64,000 nt of DNA from an uncultured delta proteobacterium (GCA_963701385.1 CAVOZW010000006.1:143798-207797); one strand, 5' to 3'. Counted from the first letter of the stretch, positions 9,830 through 21,326 are shown. The notes: generated from the letters alone by a model not told the origin. Numbers and translations: made by a program.

Positions 9830-10720
9830 ATGACAATCAAAGAACGCCACTTCGGCCCCATATGGTTTATCCCCGGGGAAAACAAGGGCAAATACCCCTT
9901 CTGCCATTCCATCTATATTGAAGGGCCCGGTATCCTCGTCGATCCGGCATCCGATCGAAAAAGACTCTTGGCACTCAAACAGGGACCGGGTGTAAAGACC
10001 GTCTGGTTGAGTCACTGGCATGAAGATCATTTCATGCATCTCGACCTTTTTGATGAAGTGCCGTTCATGATATCAAAGAAAGACGCCGCTCCCCTTTCCA
10101 GCCTGGAAAATTTTCTGGATGCCTACGGCATCGAGCCGGACGCACGCCAGGCGTGGCGTTCCATGGCAACCGACATCTTCCATTTTCAACCCAGGAAAGC
10201 GCATGATTTTCTGCCGATGGGTTCATCGATTACCCTGGATTCCTTGCATGTGAACGTCATCCCTGCACCCGGGCATACACCCGGAAGCATTGCCTTGCAC
10301 TTTCCCGATCACAACATCCTATTCCTGGCCGATTATGACCTGACCCCTTTCGGGCCCTGGTACGGTGACGTGGAATCGAACATCCAACAAACCATATCTT
10401 CCATTAAAATGCTTCGGAAAATACCGGCATCCGTCTTATTGACATCCCATGAAAAAGGTGTTTTTGAGCGTCCTTCAGGTTCGTTGTGGCAGCGCTACCT
10501 GGATGTGATATATGAACGTGAGGCAAAACTACTGAACCTCCTGAAAAAGCCGCGCACCATTCAGGACATCGTCGAGGCCTGGATCGTCTATCGAAAGCCA
10601 AGGGAGCCGCTTTCTTTCTATGCCTTTGCTGAAAAAGCCTTGATGTCCAAACACCTGCAGGAATTGATGCGCAAAGGTGTTGTTGAAAAGTATCATGAAA
10701 GTTACCTGAGAATTGAATGA
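9830..10720 (+). CDS. Metallo-beta-lactamase fold hydrolase
   Basis: SHWHEDH, PGHTPG, AD, TSH motifs. Confidence 0.9.
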   Translation: MTIKERHFGPIWFIPGENKGKYPFCHSIYIEGPGILVDPASDRKRLLALKQGPGVKTVWLSHWHEDHFMHLDLFDEVPFMISKKDAAPLSSLENFLDAYGIEPDARQAWRSMATDIFHFQPRKAHDFLPMGSSITLDSLHVNVIPAPGHTPGSIALHFPDHNILFLADYDLTPFGPWYGDVESNIQQTISSIKMLRKIPASVLLTSHEKGVFERPSGSLWQRYLDVIYEREAKLLNLLKKPRTIQDIVEAWIVYRKPREPLSFYAFAEKALMSKHLQELMRKGVVEKYHESYLRIE

Positions 10721-10910
10721 TCAACCCCGCAGCAAGCAGATAGGGGGTATCGATTGTTATGCCGGACCCCGTAGCGTGTCCGGTGCAGGCCTCGATAAGC
10801 ATAGCTCGGTAAGTCGTAAAGCCGGGAACATCCAGTTTATTTTTCTGAATTCCGTTTCACCGCTTCGCTGCGGCCGGAATGACGAGTCAAAAAAAACGTG
10901 AGGACATACC

Positions 10911-11298
10911 ATGCATACAAACACAGACGTCATTGACAACATGAAAAGGATTACCTTGTCTTTGGAGACAGGCCCATCCCCGAACAACATGAAGGGCAGC
11001 AAACCCGTTTTGTTCCAGTTCATATACGGCGTGGGCACCCAGGGCCTCTGTCTGTTTGAAAAGGCGCTTTATGGAAAAAAGATCGGCGAGGAACTCTTCT
11101 TTCAGCTAGACCCGTACCAGACAGATGAGATGTTTGGCCATCTCGAACCACAGTTGACCGCTATCATGCCCCTTGGAAAAACCCTGCACCTTAAAATCAA
11201 CCATAACGGCTATCGAAACAGCCGATAAGCGGGAACTGGTGCGGGCCATTGCCAAAGGCAGTGGCTCAAACGATTGTGGCTGCGGATGCGGATGCTGA
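10911..11298 (+). CDS. Small FKBP/SlyD-like hypothetical protein with C-terminal CGCGCGC (frameshift near 11200)
   Basis: FIYGVG..GL..FEKALYGKKIGEE; the alternate frame ends DCGCGCGC*. Confidence 0.6.
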
Positions 11299-11562
11299 TA
11301 TAAAATCGCCTGGCGATTTTATTTGCAATGATTGGCAAAAAATAGTATTCGATTGGCAGCTATTTTAAAGCTACATTGAAGCTATAAAACCGCATCAAAG
11401 AATCTAGAACACAACGTCAGGGCTGAGTGTCGAATTTCTTATGAATAGACGCCTCTCCACGCGGTTTTACGATTCGCGAAATGGATATACCATTTTGCTC
11501 TGAGTGCGACACCGTCGCATATGATCAATTCGCATTGCGAATTGATAGGGAGTATCGAGCAC

Positions 11563-12069
11563 ATGAAACACGAAATCACAATGAAGGTCAACGGTGATAC
11601 CTATTCCCTGGCCATCGACCCCTGGCGGACCTTGAACGAGGTCTTGAGGGAAGATTTAAACCTTACCGGCACGAAACTCGGCTGCGGATCCGGAGATTGC
11701 GGTGCCTGTACGGTGATCGTAGACGGACGCGCCATCAGCTCCTGCCTCACATTGGCCGTGGAAATGGACCGCAAGGAGATCATGACCATCGAAGGACTGT
11801 CCCCCTCCGGTGAAACATTACACCCCATCCAGGAATCGTTTATTGAAAAAGGCGCTATCCAATGCGGCTTCTGCACACCCGGCATGGAACTGTCTGCCTA
11901 TAATCTGCTCTCGCAAAACCCGCATCCCAACGAGAGAGAGATCAGAGAATCCCTTTCAGGCAATTTGTGCCGCTGTACCGGATACACAAAAATCGTGCAG
12001 GCCATTGCAGACTCAGCTGATAAAATGAAGCCAAAACCCCAACGCCGCAAGACTTTAAAAGGAAAATAA
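11563..12069 (+). CDS. Xanthine dehydrogenase family 2Fe-2S subunit (CoxS/HcrC-like)
   Basis: GCGSGDCGAC, QCGFC, GNLCRCTGY. Confidence 0.93.
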   Translation: MKHEITMKVNGDTYSLAIDPWRTLNEVLREDLNLTGTKLGCGSGDCGACTVIVDGRAISSCLTLAVEMDRKEIMTIEGLSPSGETLHPIQESFIEKGAIQCGFCTPGMELSAYNLLSQNPHPNEREIRESLSGNLCRCTGYTKIVQAIADSADKMKPKPQRRKTLKGK

Positions 12070-12071
12070 CC

Positions 12072-12986
12072 ATGCCGATTTCCAGGTTCGAATTTCATTC
12101 GCCAAAACGCTTGGATGAGGCTGTGGCCCTGTTGCAAGCAAAGGGCAGCGACACCTTTGTCATGGCCGGGGGCACCGACCTGCTGATCAAGCGAAGGCAC
12201 CAGATCATTCATCCCAAGACCATCGTCAGTCTAAAAAAAATCAATGGCTTGAACCGTATCTCATTTAGCCGCAGTAAGGGTCTCACCATCGGTGCCACGG
12301 CGCTGTTGGGAGACGTGGCCAGACATTCGAGCATTCTGAAATTTTACCCTGCCATTGCCAAAGCGGCCAACAATACAGCCAATGTTCAAATCAGAAACAT
12401 GGGCACCGTGGTGGGAAATCTCTGCAATGCGTCCCCTGCGGCTGATAATGCCCCTGCGCTTCTGGCACTGAATGCCGTGTTGAACATTGTGGGCCCCCAG
12501 GGCGAACGGGTTCTTGCCCTGGAGAATTTCTTTCTGGGACCCGGCGTTACAGCGCTTCAATCCGCAGAGGTCGTTGCATCCGTCTTGGTACCGCTGCCGC
12601 CGCCTGGATCAGGCACCACCTACCTGCATTTGTCCGCCCGGGGACGGGTCGACTGCTCCGCCGCCAGCACAGGCGTTTTTCTGGCCCTCAAAGGCGCCCG
12701 GGTTGAACAGGCCCGCATATTTATCGGCGCCTGTGGCCCCACGCCCCTGAGAATGCCCAAAGCTGAAAAGCGACTGATCGGTCAAAAAGTCACCCAAACG
12801 ACAGCCGAACAGACCGGCATCCAGGCGTCAAAAGAATCCCGACCCATCTCGGATGTGCGGGCCAATGAAGATTACCGTTTACAAATGGTGGCGGTCCTGG
12901 TCAAGCGGGCCGTACTGGAGGCGTATCAATCAGCTCATAGCTCAACGGTTCCAGACAGGCTATTGGGCTGTAGGCTGTTAGACTGA
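12072..12986 (+). CDS. Xanthine dehydrogenase family FAD subunit (CoxM-like)
   Basis: AGGTDL, IRNMGTVVGNLCNASPAAD, PISDVRA..YR. Confidence 0.92.
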   Translation: MPISRFEFHSPKRLDEAVALLQAKGSDTFVMAGGTDLLIKRRHQIIHPKTIVSLKKINGLNRISFSRSKGLTIGATALLGDVARHSSILKFYPAIAKAANNTANVQIRNMGTVVGNLCNASPAADNAPALLALNAVLNIVGPQGERVLALENFFLGPGVTALQSAEVVASVLVPLPPPGSGTTYLHLSARGRVDCSAASTGVFLALKGARVEQARIFIGACGPTPLRMPKAEKRLIGQKVTQTTAEQTGIQASKESRPISDVRANEDYRLQMVAVLVKRAVLEAYQSAHSSTVPDRLLGCRLLD

Positions 12987-13130
12987 GACTGTTAGGCGAT
13001 AGATCTACAGCTGTAGAACTTATAGGCTGTTAGACTGTTAGGCTGTAGGGTAGCAGCTAATATCTAAAGTCTAACAGTCTAATTGTCTACATAGTCTGAA
13101 ACTCAAATAGTCAATAGTCTAAGTCTAATC
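12957..13130. repeat. Empty, degenerate GGCTGTTA/CTAACAGT inverted element
   Basis: ggctgttagactg arms followed by gtctaacagtctaa arms. Confidence 0.75.
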
Positions 13131-13205
13131 GTGCACAGCCTATGTCACTGTGATAAAATACAGACAATTGAATATACCGATAAAACACGAAATAAAGGAT
13201 CCCCC

Positions 13206-15476
13206 ATGCGTAATGAATACCAAATAATTGGCCATGATATCCCCAGAACGGACGGCCGTGAAAAAGCCACCGGCAGTGCCATTTACACCGACGACATCAA
13301 ACTGCCGGGCATGCTGCATGGCAAGCTTTTGAGAAGCCCGCTGGCCCATGCCCGTATTCTCCACATTGACGTGAGCAAAGCCGCTGCCCTGCCCGGCGTC
13401 AAATGTGTCATCACCGGGGAAGACACACCCAAAATCAAATATGGCAACTGGCGATTGTTTCCGGTTACCCAGGACGAATACCCCCTGGCCGTGGACAAGG
13501 TCCGCTTCATTGGCGACGAAGTTGCCGCTGTTGCGGCGGTTGACAAGGACATCGCAGCCGAAGCCCTTGAATTGATACGCGTGGAATACGAGGAACTGCC
13601 TGCTGTTTTCGATATTCAGGATTCCCTGGCCAAGGGAGCACCGATTATCCACGAGACATCCCCCAGCAACATCAGCATCGATCGAAAAATTCAATATGGA
13701 AGCATTCAAAAAGGGTTTGCAGAGTCCGATTATGTCCGTGAGGATGTGTTTTCGGTCCACGCCGTAAGCCCGGCCTATCTCGAGCCCTGCGCATCCCTGG
13801 CCCAGTGTGAACTCGACGGCAGGATAACCCTCTGGACATCGACCCAGGTTCCCTACATCGTGCAGTGCCTGCTGGCGTCCACCCTCAACATGCGTGAAAA
13901 CGACATCCGCGTGATCAAACCGGCTGTCGGCGGCGGTTTTGGCGGCAAAATGGAGTTGCGGCCATGGGAGTTCTGTGCCGCCTTCATGGCCAAAAAAACC
14001 GGCAAACCGGTCAAATTTACCCTGACCCGGGAGGAGGAGCTCACCACCGGCCGCAGACGCCATCCCATGAAACTGCGCTCCAAGGTCGGCTTTAAAAAAG
14101 ACGGCACCCTGGTGGCAAAGGATCTGCACATCTATCTGGACGGCGGCGCCTACAATGCCATGGGTCCCACGGCCACGTTTCTGTGCGGAAATTTCGGGGC
14201 CATGCTCTACCGCTATCCCAATTACCGTTTTGTGGGGGAACATGTTTACACCAACAAGCCACCGGCCAGTGCCATGCGCGGTTTTGGCGCGCCGCAATCC
14301 CTTTTTGCGGCAGAGTCTCAGATGAATATCGCCGCCCAGGAGCTGGGTATCGATCCCATTGACTTGCGGATCAAGAACGCCATGGTCACCGGAGACGAGA
14401 TTCCGGATGTGGCCACCATATCGAGCTGCGGATTCATTGAATCCCTTGAAGCGGTCAGGGAAATGTCCAACTGGAAGAAGAACCGCCGTCGCAAAAAGAA
14501 AGGCTACGGCATCGGTATCGGCTGCTACAGCTTTATCTCCGGGGGGGTCTTCAACTGGTTCAACACCCAGTATCCCTTCTCCGCCGCCGAGGTCAAAGTC
14601 TTTTCAGACGGCACCGCCCATCTGCTGACCATGGCCTCGGATATCGGCCAGGGCGCCAACACGGTTCTCAAACAGATTCTGGCCGAGGAACTGGGACTCG
14701 AGATGGCGGACATCCGTCTGACGGCCGCCGACACCGCCATGACACCCCAGGCCGACCTGGGAACCTGGGGCAGCCGGGTCACCCTCATGGCCGGCAATGC
14801 CATTTTGCAGGCCGCCCGTCAGATCAAGGCAGAACTATTCGGTGCCGTCTCGGCCCGTTTCAACCTGAATGTCATATTCGACATGGTGTGCAAGGACGGG
14901 CGGGTATATGCCGAGGGAAAGCCCGACCGGGGGATGTCGTTCGGGGAAGCCGTGGCCTTGGTCCAGAAGGCCAATCGTGGTGAGCCCCTCATTGCCAGAG
15001 GCTATTACACGCCACGCGGCAAAGGATTGGTGACGCCGGCTTTCAGCTTTGGCGCCCAGGTGGCCGAGGTGGCCGTGGACACCGAAACCGGTATCGTCAA
15101 GGTCGAAAAAATGTATACCGCCCACGATTGCGGCACCGTCATCAACCCCATGGCGGTCGAAGGACAACTGGAAGGCTCCATTCACATGGGGCTCGGCTAT
15201 GCCTTGTCCGAAGAGTTGATCGTGGAAAAAGGCCGCACCCTCAACAACACCTTTCTCGATTACAAAATGCCCACCGCCCTGGACATGCCGCCCGGTGAGT
15301 CCGTTTGTATCGAAACCTACGAACCCGAAGGCCCCATGGGTGCCAAGGAAGCCGGTGAAGGCCTGGCCTCCCCCACGGCGCCGGCCATTGCCGAAGCCGT
15401 GTTCCATGCCACCGGGTATCGATGTATGGATCTGCCCATAACGCCGGACAAGGTACTCAAGGGGCAGAAAGGATAG
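13206..15476 (+). CDS. Xanthine dehydrogenase family molybdopterin subunit (HcrA/CoxL-like)
   Basis: VGGGFGGK, AMRGFGAPQ, DIGQG, GTWGSR, GAKEAGEG. Confidence 0.92.
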   Translation: MRNEYQIIGHDIPRTDGREKATGSAIYTDDIKLPGMLHGKLLRSPLAHARILHIDVSKAAALPGVKCVITGEDTPKIKYGNWRLFPVTQDEYPLAVDKVRFIGDEVAAVAAVDKDIAAEALELIRVEYEELPAVFDIQDSLAKGAPIIHETSPSNISIDRKIQYGSIQKGFAESDYVREDVFSVHAVSPAYLEPCASLAQCELDGRITLWTSTQVPYIVQCLLASTLNMRENDIRVIKPAVGGGFGGKMELRPWEFCAAFMAKKTGKPVKFTLTREEELTTGRRRHPMKLRSKVGFKKDGTLVAKDLHIYLDGGAYNAMGPTATFLCGNFGAMLYRYPNYRFVGEHVYTNKPPASAMRGFGAPQSLFAAESQMNIAAQELGIDPIDLRIKNAMVTGDEIPDVATISSCGFIESLEAVREMSNWKKNRRRKKKGYGIGIGCYSFISGGVFNWFNTQYPFSAAEVKVFSDGTAHLLTMASDIGQGANTVLKQILAEELGLEMADIRLTAADTAMTPQADLGTWGSRVTLMAGNAILQAARQIKAELFGAVSARFNLNVIFDMVCKDGRVYAEGKPDRGMSFGEAVALVQKANRGEPLIARGYYTPRGKGLVTPAFSFGAQVAEVAVDTETGIVKVEKMYTAHDCGTVINPMAVEGQLEGSIHMGLGYALSEELIVEKGRTLNNTFLDYKMPTALDMPPGESVCIETYEPEGPMGAKEAGEGLASPTAPAIAEAVFHATGYRCMDLPITPDKVLKGQKG

Positions 15477-15480
15477 GAGG

Positions 15481-15795
15481 CAATAATTTTTAATTCTCAA
15501 TTTTGAATTTTGAATTATATAGCTCATAGCTCATAGGTGATAGGTGAATAGGATTGCTGGGAAGCCAGGATGCAATAATCTATGAATTCTCAATTCTTAA
15601 TTTTGAATTATACAGCTCATAGCTCATAGGTCATAGGTGATAGGATTGCTGGGAAGTCTATGATGCTAGGAGGCTAGGAAGCTGGGAAGCAGCTATGAGC
15701 TATCAGCTATGACCTATGAGCTATTATCAACATCCCAGCGTCAAGCATCAGAAAAAAACCCAACAAACCCAATGAACCAACAAACCCAACAACCC
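15481..15795 (+). repeat. Composite repeat element, copy 2, with a duplicated left part
   Basis: Same block order and core as 3521..3801. Confidence 0.85.
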
Positions 15796-15804
15796 AGTGT
15801 TCCC

Positions 15805-16582
15805 ATGAAAATCGACAAGGTCATCCAACACATCGTATCGGAGCTGAGCGCCTACTGCGACAAGGCCGAGCCTGAAGGGGTTTGTCATCGGGGTATCCGG
15901 CGGCATCGACTCGGCCGTCACCTCCACCCTCAGCGCCAGGACCGGCAAGAAGGTCATGGCGCTCAACATGCCCATTTTCCAGGCAAAAAACCAGGATTCC
16001 CTTTCGTCCAGACACATCGCCTGGCTTGAAAAGACCTTTCCGAACGTACAGGGTCTCCGGGTCGACCTTTCGGATGTCTTCAAAGCCCTCGACAGCACAT
16101 TTCCGGCCGACATTCAGGACGACCTGTCCATGGCCAACACGCGCTCGCGGCTGCGCATGCTGACCCTCTACGCCTTTGCATCGCACCACCGTTTTTTGGT
16201 GGTGGGCACCGGAAACAAGGTAGAGGATTTCGGCGTGGGTTTTTTCACAAAATACGGCGACGGTGGCGTCGACATTTCACCGATCGCAGACCTTTTAAAA
16301 TCGGAAGTCTTTCTGCTCGGGAAAGCCCTCGGCATTATCGAGGATATCCTGGCGGCCCCCCCCACGGACGGCCTGTGGGCCGACAACCGTACCGACGAAA
16401 GCCAGATCGGCGCAAGCTATGCCGAACTGGAATGGGCCATGGCGGCAGTTAAAGGCCAGAAAACGAAAACCCTCACCGCACGCCAAAAAGACGTCCTGGC
16501 AATTTTTCACCGTTTTCAGGCCCAGAACCGGCATAAAATGGATCCGATTCCGGTGATTAAAATACCGGAAGAACTTCGCTGA
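15805..16582 (+). CDS. nadE: NH3-dependent NAD+ synthetase (frameshift near 15870)
   Basis: IGVSGGIDSAV, ANTRSRLRM, GTGNKVE, GFFTKYGDGG, PPTDGLW, NRHK. Confidence 0.95.
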
Positions 16583-16589
16583 GGCGAAA

Positions 16590-16708
16590 TTGAAGAATCT
16601 CGCAGCAAGCTGCGAGGAATCTTCGACCGTAAGGAATTCTGTCTAATTTAGATTCGCTCGCTAACCCCGCAGCAAGCTACGGGGAATGCGCTCGCTTTTG
16701 CGGTTCAA
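16590..16708 (+). repeat. TTGAA...TTCAA palindromic element, copy 2
   Basis: ctcgcagcaagctgcgag and ccccgcagcaagctacgggg hairpins. Confidence 0.85.
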
Positions 16709-16766
16709 TGCTGATAGATGAAAGGCGATAGCTCATAGCGGACAGAGGCAAAACGTAATATTTTCG

Positions 16767-16958
16767 GACAGGATTAACAGGATTTTACAGGATTTATTTT
16801 ATTCATTCATCATGCAATTTTTTTCAAAGCACAAATTCTCTTTTATCTTTTACAATAAGTTCAATTCGAAAGATAAGGTATTTCGCCGCAGGCGATAGTT
16901 GGTTTTACGCTTTCGTCAGGAAAGCGTAAAAGATCCTGTCAATCCTGTTAATCCTGTC
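16767..16958. repeat. GACAGGATT...AATCCTGTC 9-mer inverted element
   Basis: gacaggattaacaggattttacagg ... atcctgtcaatcctgttaatcctgtc, with internal tcgccgcaggcga hairpin. Confidence 0.85.
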
Positions 16959-17005
16959 TAATAAAAAATATTCTTGAAGACAGTCATCAGCAAGCAACAA
17001 ACCCA

Positions 17006-17506
17006 ATGAACCCAACAAACCCAACAAACCCAATCACAGGCTACGTTCCCGGCGCCATCGGCCGCATCACCGAGCTTCACGGCAGGTATTACAGCCAAGC
17101 GTGGGGATTTGGAGCGTTTTTCGAGACCAAGGTCGCCACCGAGCTGTCCGCGTTTGTGAATCGATTCGATGATCAAAGGGATGGCCTCTGGACTGCCTGC
17201 TCGAACAACCGGGTGCAGGGCGCCATTGTCATCGATGGCATCAATGCCGATTCAGAGGGAGCACACTTGCGGTGGTACATCGTTTCGAATACACTGCACG
17301 GGCAAGGCATCGGCAACCGGCTGCTATCTGCGGCCATGGACTTCTGCCGGGCACGGCGCTATCGGCAGGTGTTTCTGTGGACCTTCAAGGGCCTCGAGGC
17401 CGCCAGGTATTTGTACGAAAAAAATGGATTCACGCTAGCGCATGAACAAAAAGGTTCGCAATGGGGCACACCGGTCACCGAACAGAAGTATGTGTGTGTC
17501 CTTTAA
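17006..17506 (+). CDS. GNAT family N-acetyltransferase
   Basis: HLRWYIV..HGQGIGNRLL, LWTF..L.AAR.LYEK.GF. Confidence 0.9.
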   Translation: MNPTNPTNPITGYVPGAIGRITELHGRYYSQAWGFGAFFETKVATELSAFVNRFDDQRDGLWTACSNNRVQGAIVIDGINADSEGAHLRWYIVSNTLHGQGIGNRLLSAAMDFCRARRYRQVFLWTFKGLEAARYLYEKNGFTLAHEQKGSQWGTPVTEQKYVCVL

Positions 17507-17530
17507 ATAGAATCGCACATGAGGCGTCAC

Positions 17531-18230
17531 ATGAATATTAAACACATGCGGCAATGGGTAGTGAACTTTTTGAGCGGATGGGGTTTCTCGATCCTGGCGG
17601 CTGTTTTGATCGCAACGTCTTTCAAATCGGCCATTGCCGACTGGAACGATGTCCCGACAGGTTCCATGAAGCCGTCCATACTCGTGGGCGGACAGGGTTT
17701 TTATCAACAAACTGTCTTACGGTCTCAAAATTCCCTACACGACCCGATACCTTGCGCGATGGGGCTTTCCCGAGCGAGGTGACATCGTTGTGTTTTATTC
17801 TCCCGCCGACGGCAAACGCCTGATCAAGCGTCTGATCGGCTTGCCCGGGGATGAAATCTCCTTGCACGACAACAAACTCCATATCAACGGTAAAGCGATT
17901 GACTACCGATTGATTGAAAAAACAAATTCCGGCGGAGCAAAGGCCACACCGGAAAATCCGTATATCTACCTGTTTGAAGACCTCATGGGCAATCAACACC
18001 CCATCATGATATCGGGTGCAAAAACCACTTTCGGTTCGTTTGATCCCGTTGTTGTACCAGAAGGCAGTGTATTTGTAATGGGTGACAATCGCGACAATTC
18101 AGCCGATTCCCGGTTTTTCGGTTTTGTCGAAATGGACCAGATACTGGGGCGCGCAACCACCATTGTTCTCAGTCGCGATGGATCGTTCCTGAAACCGAGA
18201 TGGGAGCGGTTTTTCAAGAAGCTCGTTTAG
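17531..18230 (+). CDS. lepB: Signal peptidase I (frameshift near 17690)
   Basis: VPTGSMKP, LIKRLIGLPGD, MGDNRDNSADSR. Confidence 0.93.
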
Positions 18231-18439
18231 GTATCACAGTATTGGTTGTATGAACGACTTGCTAGGAAGATTGGAATGTGCGCTGTTTCGGTTCACGAAT
18301 TAATGCAGACAATTTCTCTCTTTAAAGTCGAAAGCGTAGAAACATCTATGTGTGTCCGTGGCTAATAAAATGAACCTGTTGGCAATCCTGATGTCCAGAA
18401 AACATGATTGAGAACCTAAAACCCTGGGAAAATGAATAA

Positions 18440-19117
18440 ATGGAATTACGAGAAGCCATTCTGGGCCGGCGCAGTATTCGGAAATTTTTAAAGCAAGACG
18501 TCCCTGAAGGACTCATCAAAGAGCTCCTGGCAGATTCCCAGTGGGCACCCTCCTGGGGCAACACCCAGCCTTGGGAAATCATGGTCATCGTGGGTCCCCC
18601 TCTGGAAAAATTCAAGCAAAAAAACAAAGCCGCCCTCTTTAGCGGGATCAAATCGAAACCTGAAATCCCGATGCCGGACGTGTTTCCCCCTCAACTGAAA
18701 CAGCGCTATGTGGATGTCGGCAAGCAGGTTCTGCAATCCCTCTCCATCGGCAGAAACGATCTCGATGGCCGACTCAATTATTACGGCGACATGTTTTACC
18801 TCTTCGATGCACCCGTTTTGATTCTAATTCTTTTGGACAAGCAGGTTTTGTTGGAATACGCCTTGCTGGATGTGGGCCTATACCTGCAAACATTGCTGCT
18901 GTCTGCCCACGACAAGGGTCTCGGTGCCATCGCTTTGGCGGCCAGCGTGCATTACCCGGATGTTCTGCGTGCCCTCTTCCCCATCGGCACAGACAAAATC
19001 ATCGTTATGGGGGCGGTTCTTGGCTGGCCGGACCGCGAAGCCCCCGTAAACCGTTTTGAACGACAGCGAATTGATTGCAAAAAAACCCTTTGCTGGGTAA
19101 ATGGATCCCCCGGTTAA
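18440..19117 (+). CDS. Nitroreductase family protein
   Basis: RRSIRKF, APSWGNTQPW, A..KGLG. Confidence 0.9.
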   Translation: MELREAILGRRSIRKFLKQDVPEGLIKELLADSQWAPSWGNTQPWEIMVIVGPPLEKFKQKNKAALFSGIKSKPEIPMPDVFPPQLKQRYVDVGKQVLQSLSIGRNDLDGRLNYYGDMFYLFDAPVLILILLDKQVLLEYALLDVGLYLQTLLLSAHDKGLGAIALAASVHYPDVLRALFPIGTDKIIVMGAVLGWPDREAPVNRFERQRIDCKKTLCWVNGSPG

Positions 19118-19168
19118 ACCCGTTGTATTCTACGACAAGCGCTATATTTGATAGTATCGGAGAAGATA

Positions 19169-21251
19169 ATGTCCAATTCGATAGAATGGAAAAAAACCCA
19201 CTGTGCCAGAATGGACCATGGGGGATGTGCCCTGCTGGTGGGTGTCAAGAACAACCGCATCGTCAAAGTCAAAGGTGATCCGGACGGCTTTTTAAACAAG
19301 GGCTACATCTGCCCCAAAGCCATCGCCTCCCCCGATCGTCTCAATCATCCTGCGCGTCTCAAATCACCTTTAAAACGTGTGGGCGGCCGCGGTCAGGGAC
19401 GCTGGGAAAAAATTTCGTGGCCGGATGCCATCCATGAAGTGGCCGCCAACCTGAACCGGGCCAGAGAATCACATGGTGCCCGCAGTGTGGCCTTCTGCCA
19501 GGGAATGCCCAAGGGACTCGAACACTTTGTTCTCATACGGCTGGCCAATCTTTTTGGTTCTCCCAACCTGGTCGCCACGCAGGACGTCTGTCATGCACCC
19601 CGGGAGATCAGTGGTATCCACACCTGTGGCTTTTATCCTGTTGCTGATTTTCATCATCCAAGCAAGCTGGTCATCCTCTGGGGAAGCAATGTCACGGACA
19701 CCAACGAGGAGGGTGAAATTTGCAGCCTGCTGCTTGAGCAGATCAAGCAAGGTACCCAACTGATCGTCGTTGATCCCAGAAAGACCGCCCTGGCCAAAAA
19801 AGCCAAACACTGGCTGCAGATCAAACCCGGAACAGACGCTGCACTGGCGCTTTCGTTTCTGAATGTGATCATCCACGAGCAGCGACATAACCAAGATTTT
19901 GTTGCCGAATGGACGCACGGATTTGATGAACTGGCCGCGCATGTCAAGACCTTTGCCCCTGAAAAAATGGCTGACATAACGGGTATCCCATCCAAAAAAA
20001 TCCGGGCCGCCGCCGTCGATTATGCGGCACTTCATCCAGCCGCCATTCAGTGGGGAAACCCCATCGAACAGACCGTCCACACCTTCGATGCGACCCGGGC
20101 ACTGGTCTGTCTCATGGCCATTTGCGGCAATCTCGATATCCCCGGCGGCAATGTTCATGCCCAGGACCCGGATCTTCTCGGTTTGGGCGAGTTCGTTCGC
20201 GCAGACAAGATTCCGTCCAAAAGAAAAGAGATGATCCACGCCCATCATCACACCATACCGCAGACTCATGACCGTCCCACCGGCATTTTTTCGCCAAGCA
20301 GTCCTGACGGAGGTACCCTATCCGCTAAAGGCAGCCTATTTCCAGTGTACCAACCCCTTGCTGACTTACGCGGACAGCCGCATGACCTTCGCGGCCCTAA
20401 TGAAACTGGATTTTGTGGTGGTGGCCGACCTTTTTATGACGCCCACGGCCTGTCTGGCCGATATTGTCCTGCCGGTGGCAAGCCAGTTCGAATTCGACGA
20501 CATCGGCCATTACGGTATCGGGCACGGATACATATTGGCACGTCCCAAAATTGTCGATCCACCGGCATCCTGCTGGCCGGACATCCAGATACTCAATGAA
20601 CTCGGAAAAGCGCTCACACCTGAAGAATACTGGTATCCGACCGCGCACGGTCTTGTGGCGTCGGTGCTCTCCCCTTCTGGCTTGACCTACGCTCAGTTTG
20701 CAGAAAAGGGCTACCTGAAGGGGCCGGATCGATTTCGCAAATATCGCACCGATGGGTTCAAAACCCCGAGCGGAAAAGTGGAACTCATGTTGACACGCGC
20801 CGATCGATACGGCGTGAACGCTTTGCCCGACCACAAGCAGGACCCCCAAGACAAGGATCCGTCATACCCTTTGATATTAACGAGCGCCAAGGACCGATAC
20901 TATCTGCACTCTTCCTACCGTTGGGTGGACAAGCTGAGAAATTCGAGCCCCAGGCCGATGGTCGAACTTCATCCCGAAACTGCCGCCGCCTATGGGATCG
21001 AACACGACGACGTGGTGATCATCGAGACCCGCAACGGTTCCATCACCCAATTTGCCAAGATCGCGGATACCATCATGCCCGGGGTGCTGAACGCCGCTTA
21101 TGGGTGGTGGTTCCCGGAATCATCGGCCAAAGAACAGTTCGACTGGCAGCGCTCAAATTTCAACATGCTGACCACAACCGATCGTCTGGGGAAGGAATTC
21201 GGGACGCCCAATCTCAAGGGAATCAACTGCCGTATTCGCAAAAAAAAATGA
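19169..21251 (+). CDS. Mo/W-bisPGD oxidoreductase, acetylene-hydratase-like (frameshift near 20265)
   Basis: N-terminal Fe-S region (C...GGC..GYICPK), RLKSPLKR, IKPGTDAALAL, TPTACLADIVLP, GFKTPSGKVEL, HSS. Confidence 0.85.
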
Positions 21252-21326
21252 TTTCTCTGTAAGGAAATAACAAACTTTTTCATCACGAAAACGCGAAAGT
21301 ATTTAACGGTTCCAAGGAGCAATGAC

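Noticed and set aside
11320-11520. Moco riboswitch upstream of the molybdoenzyme operon
   Set aside because: Only short palindromes were seen and the conserved motif elements were not recognisable
13140-14297. Long antisense and alternate-frame ORFs (also 3970..4803 and many beyond 54.7 kb)
   Set aside because: They shadow well-supported genes and carry no recognisable motifs; expected from codon bias and high GC
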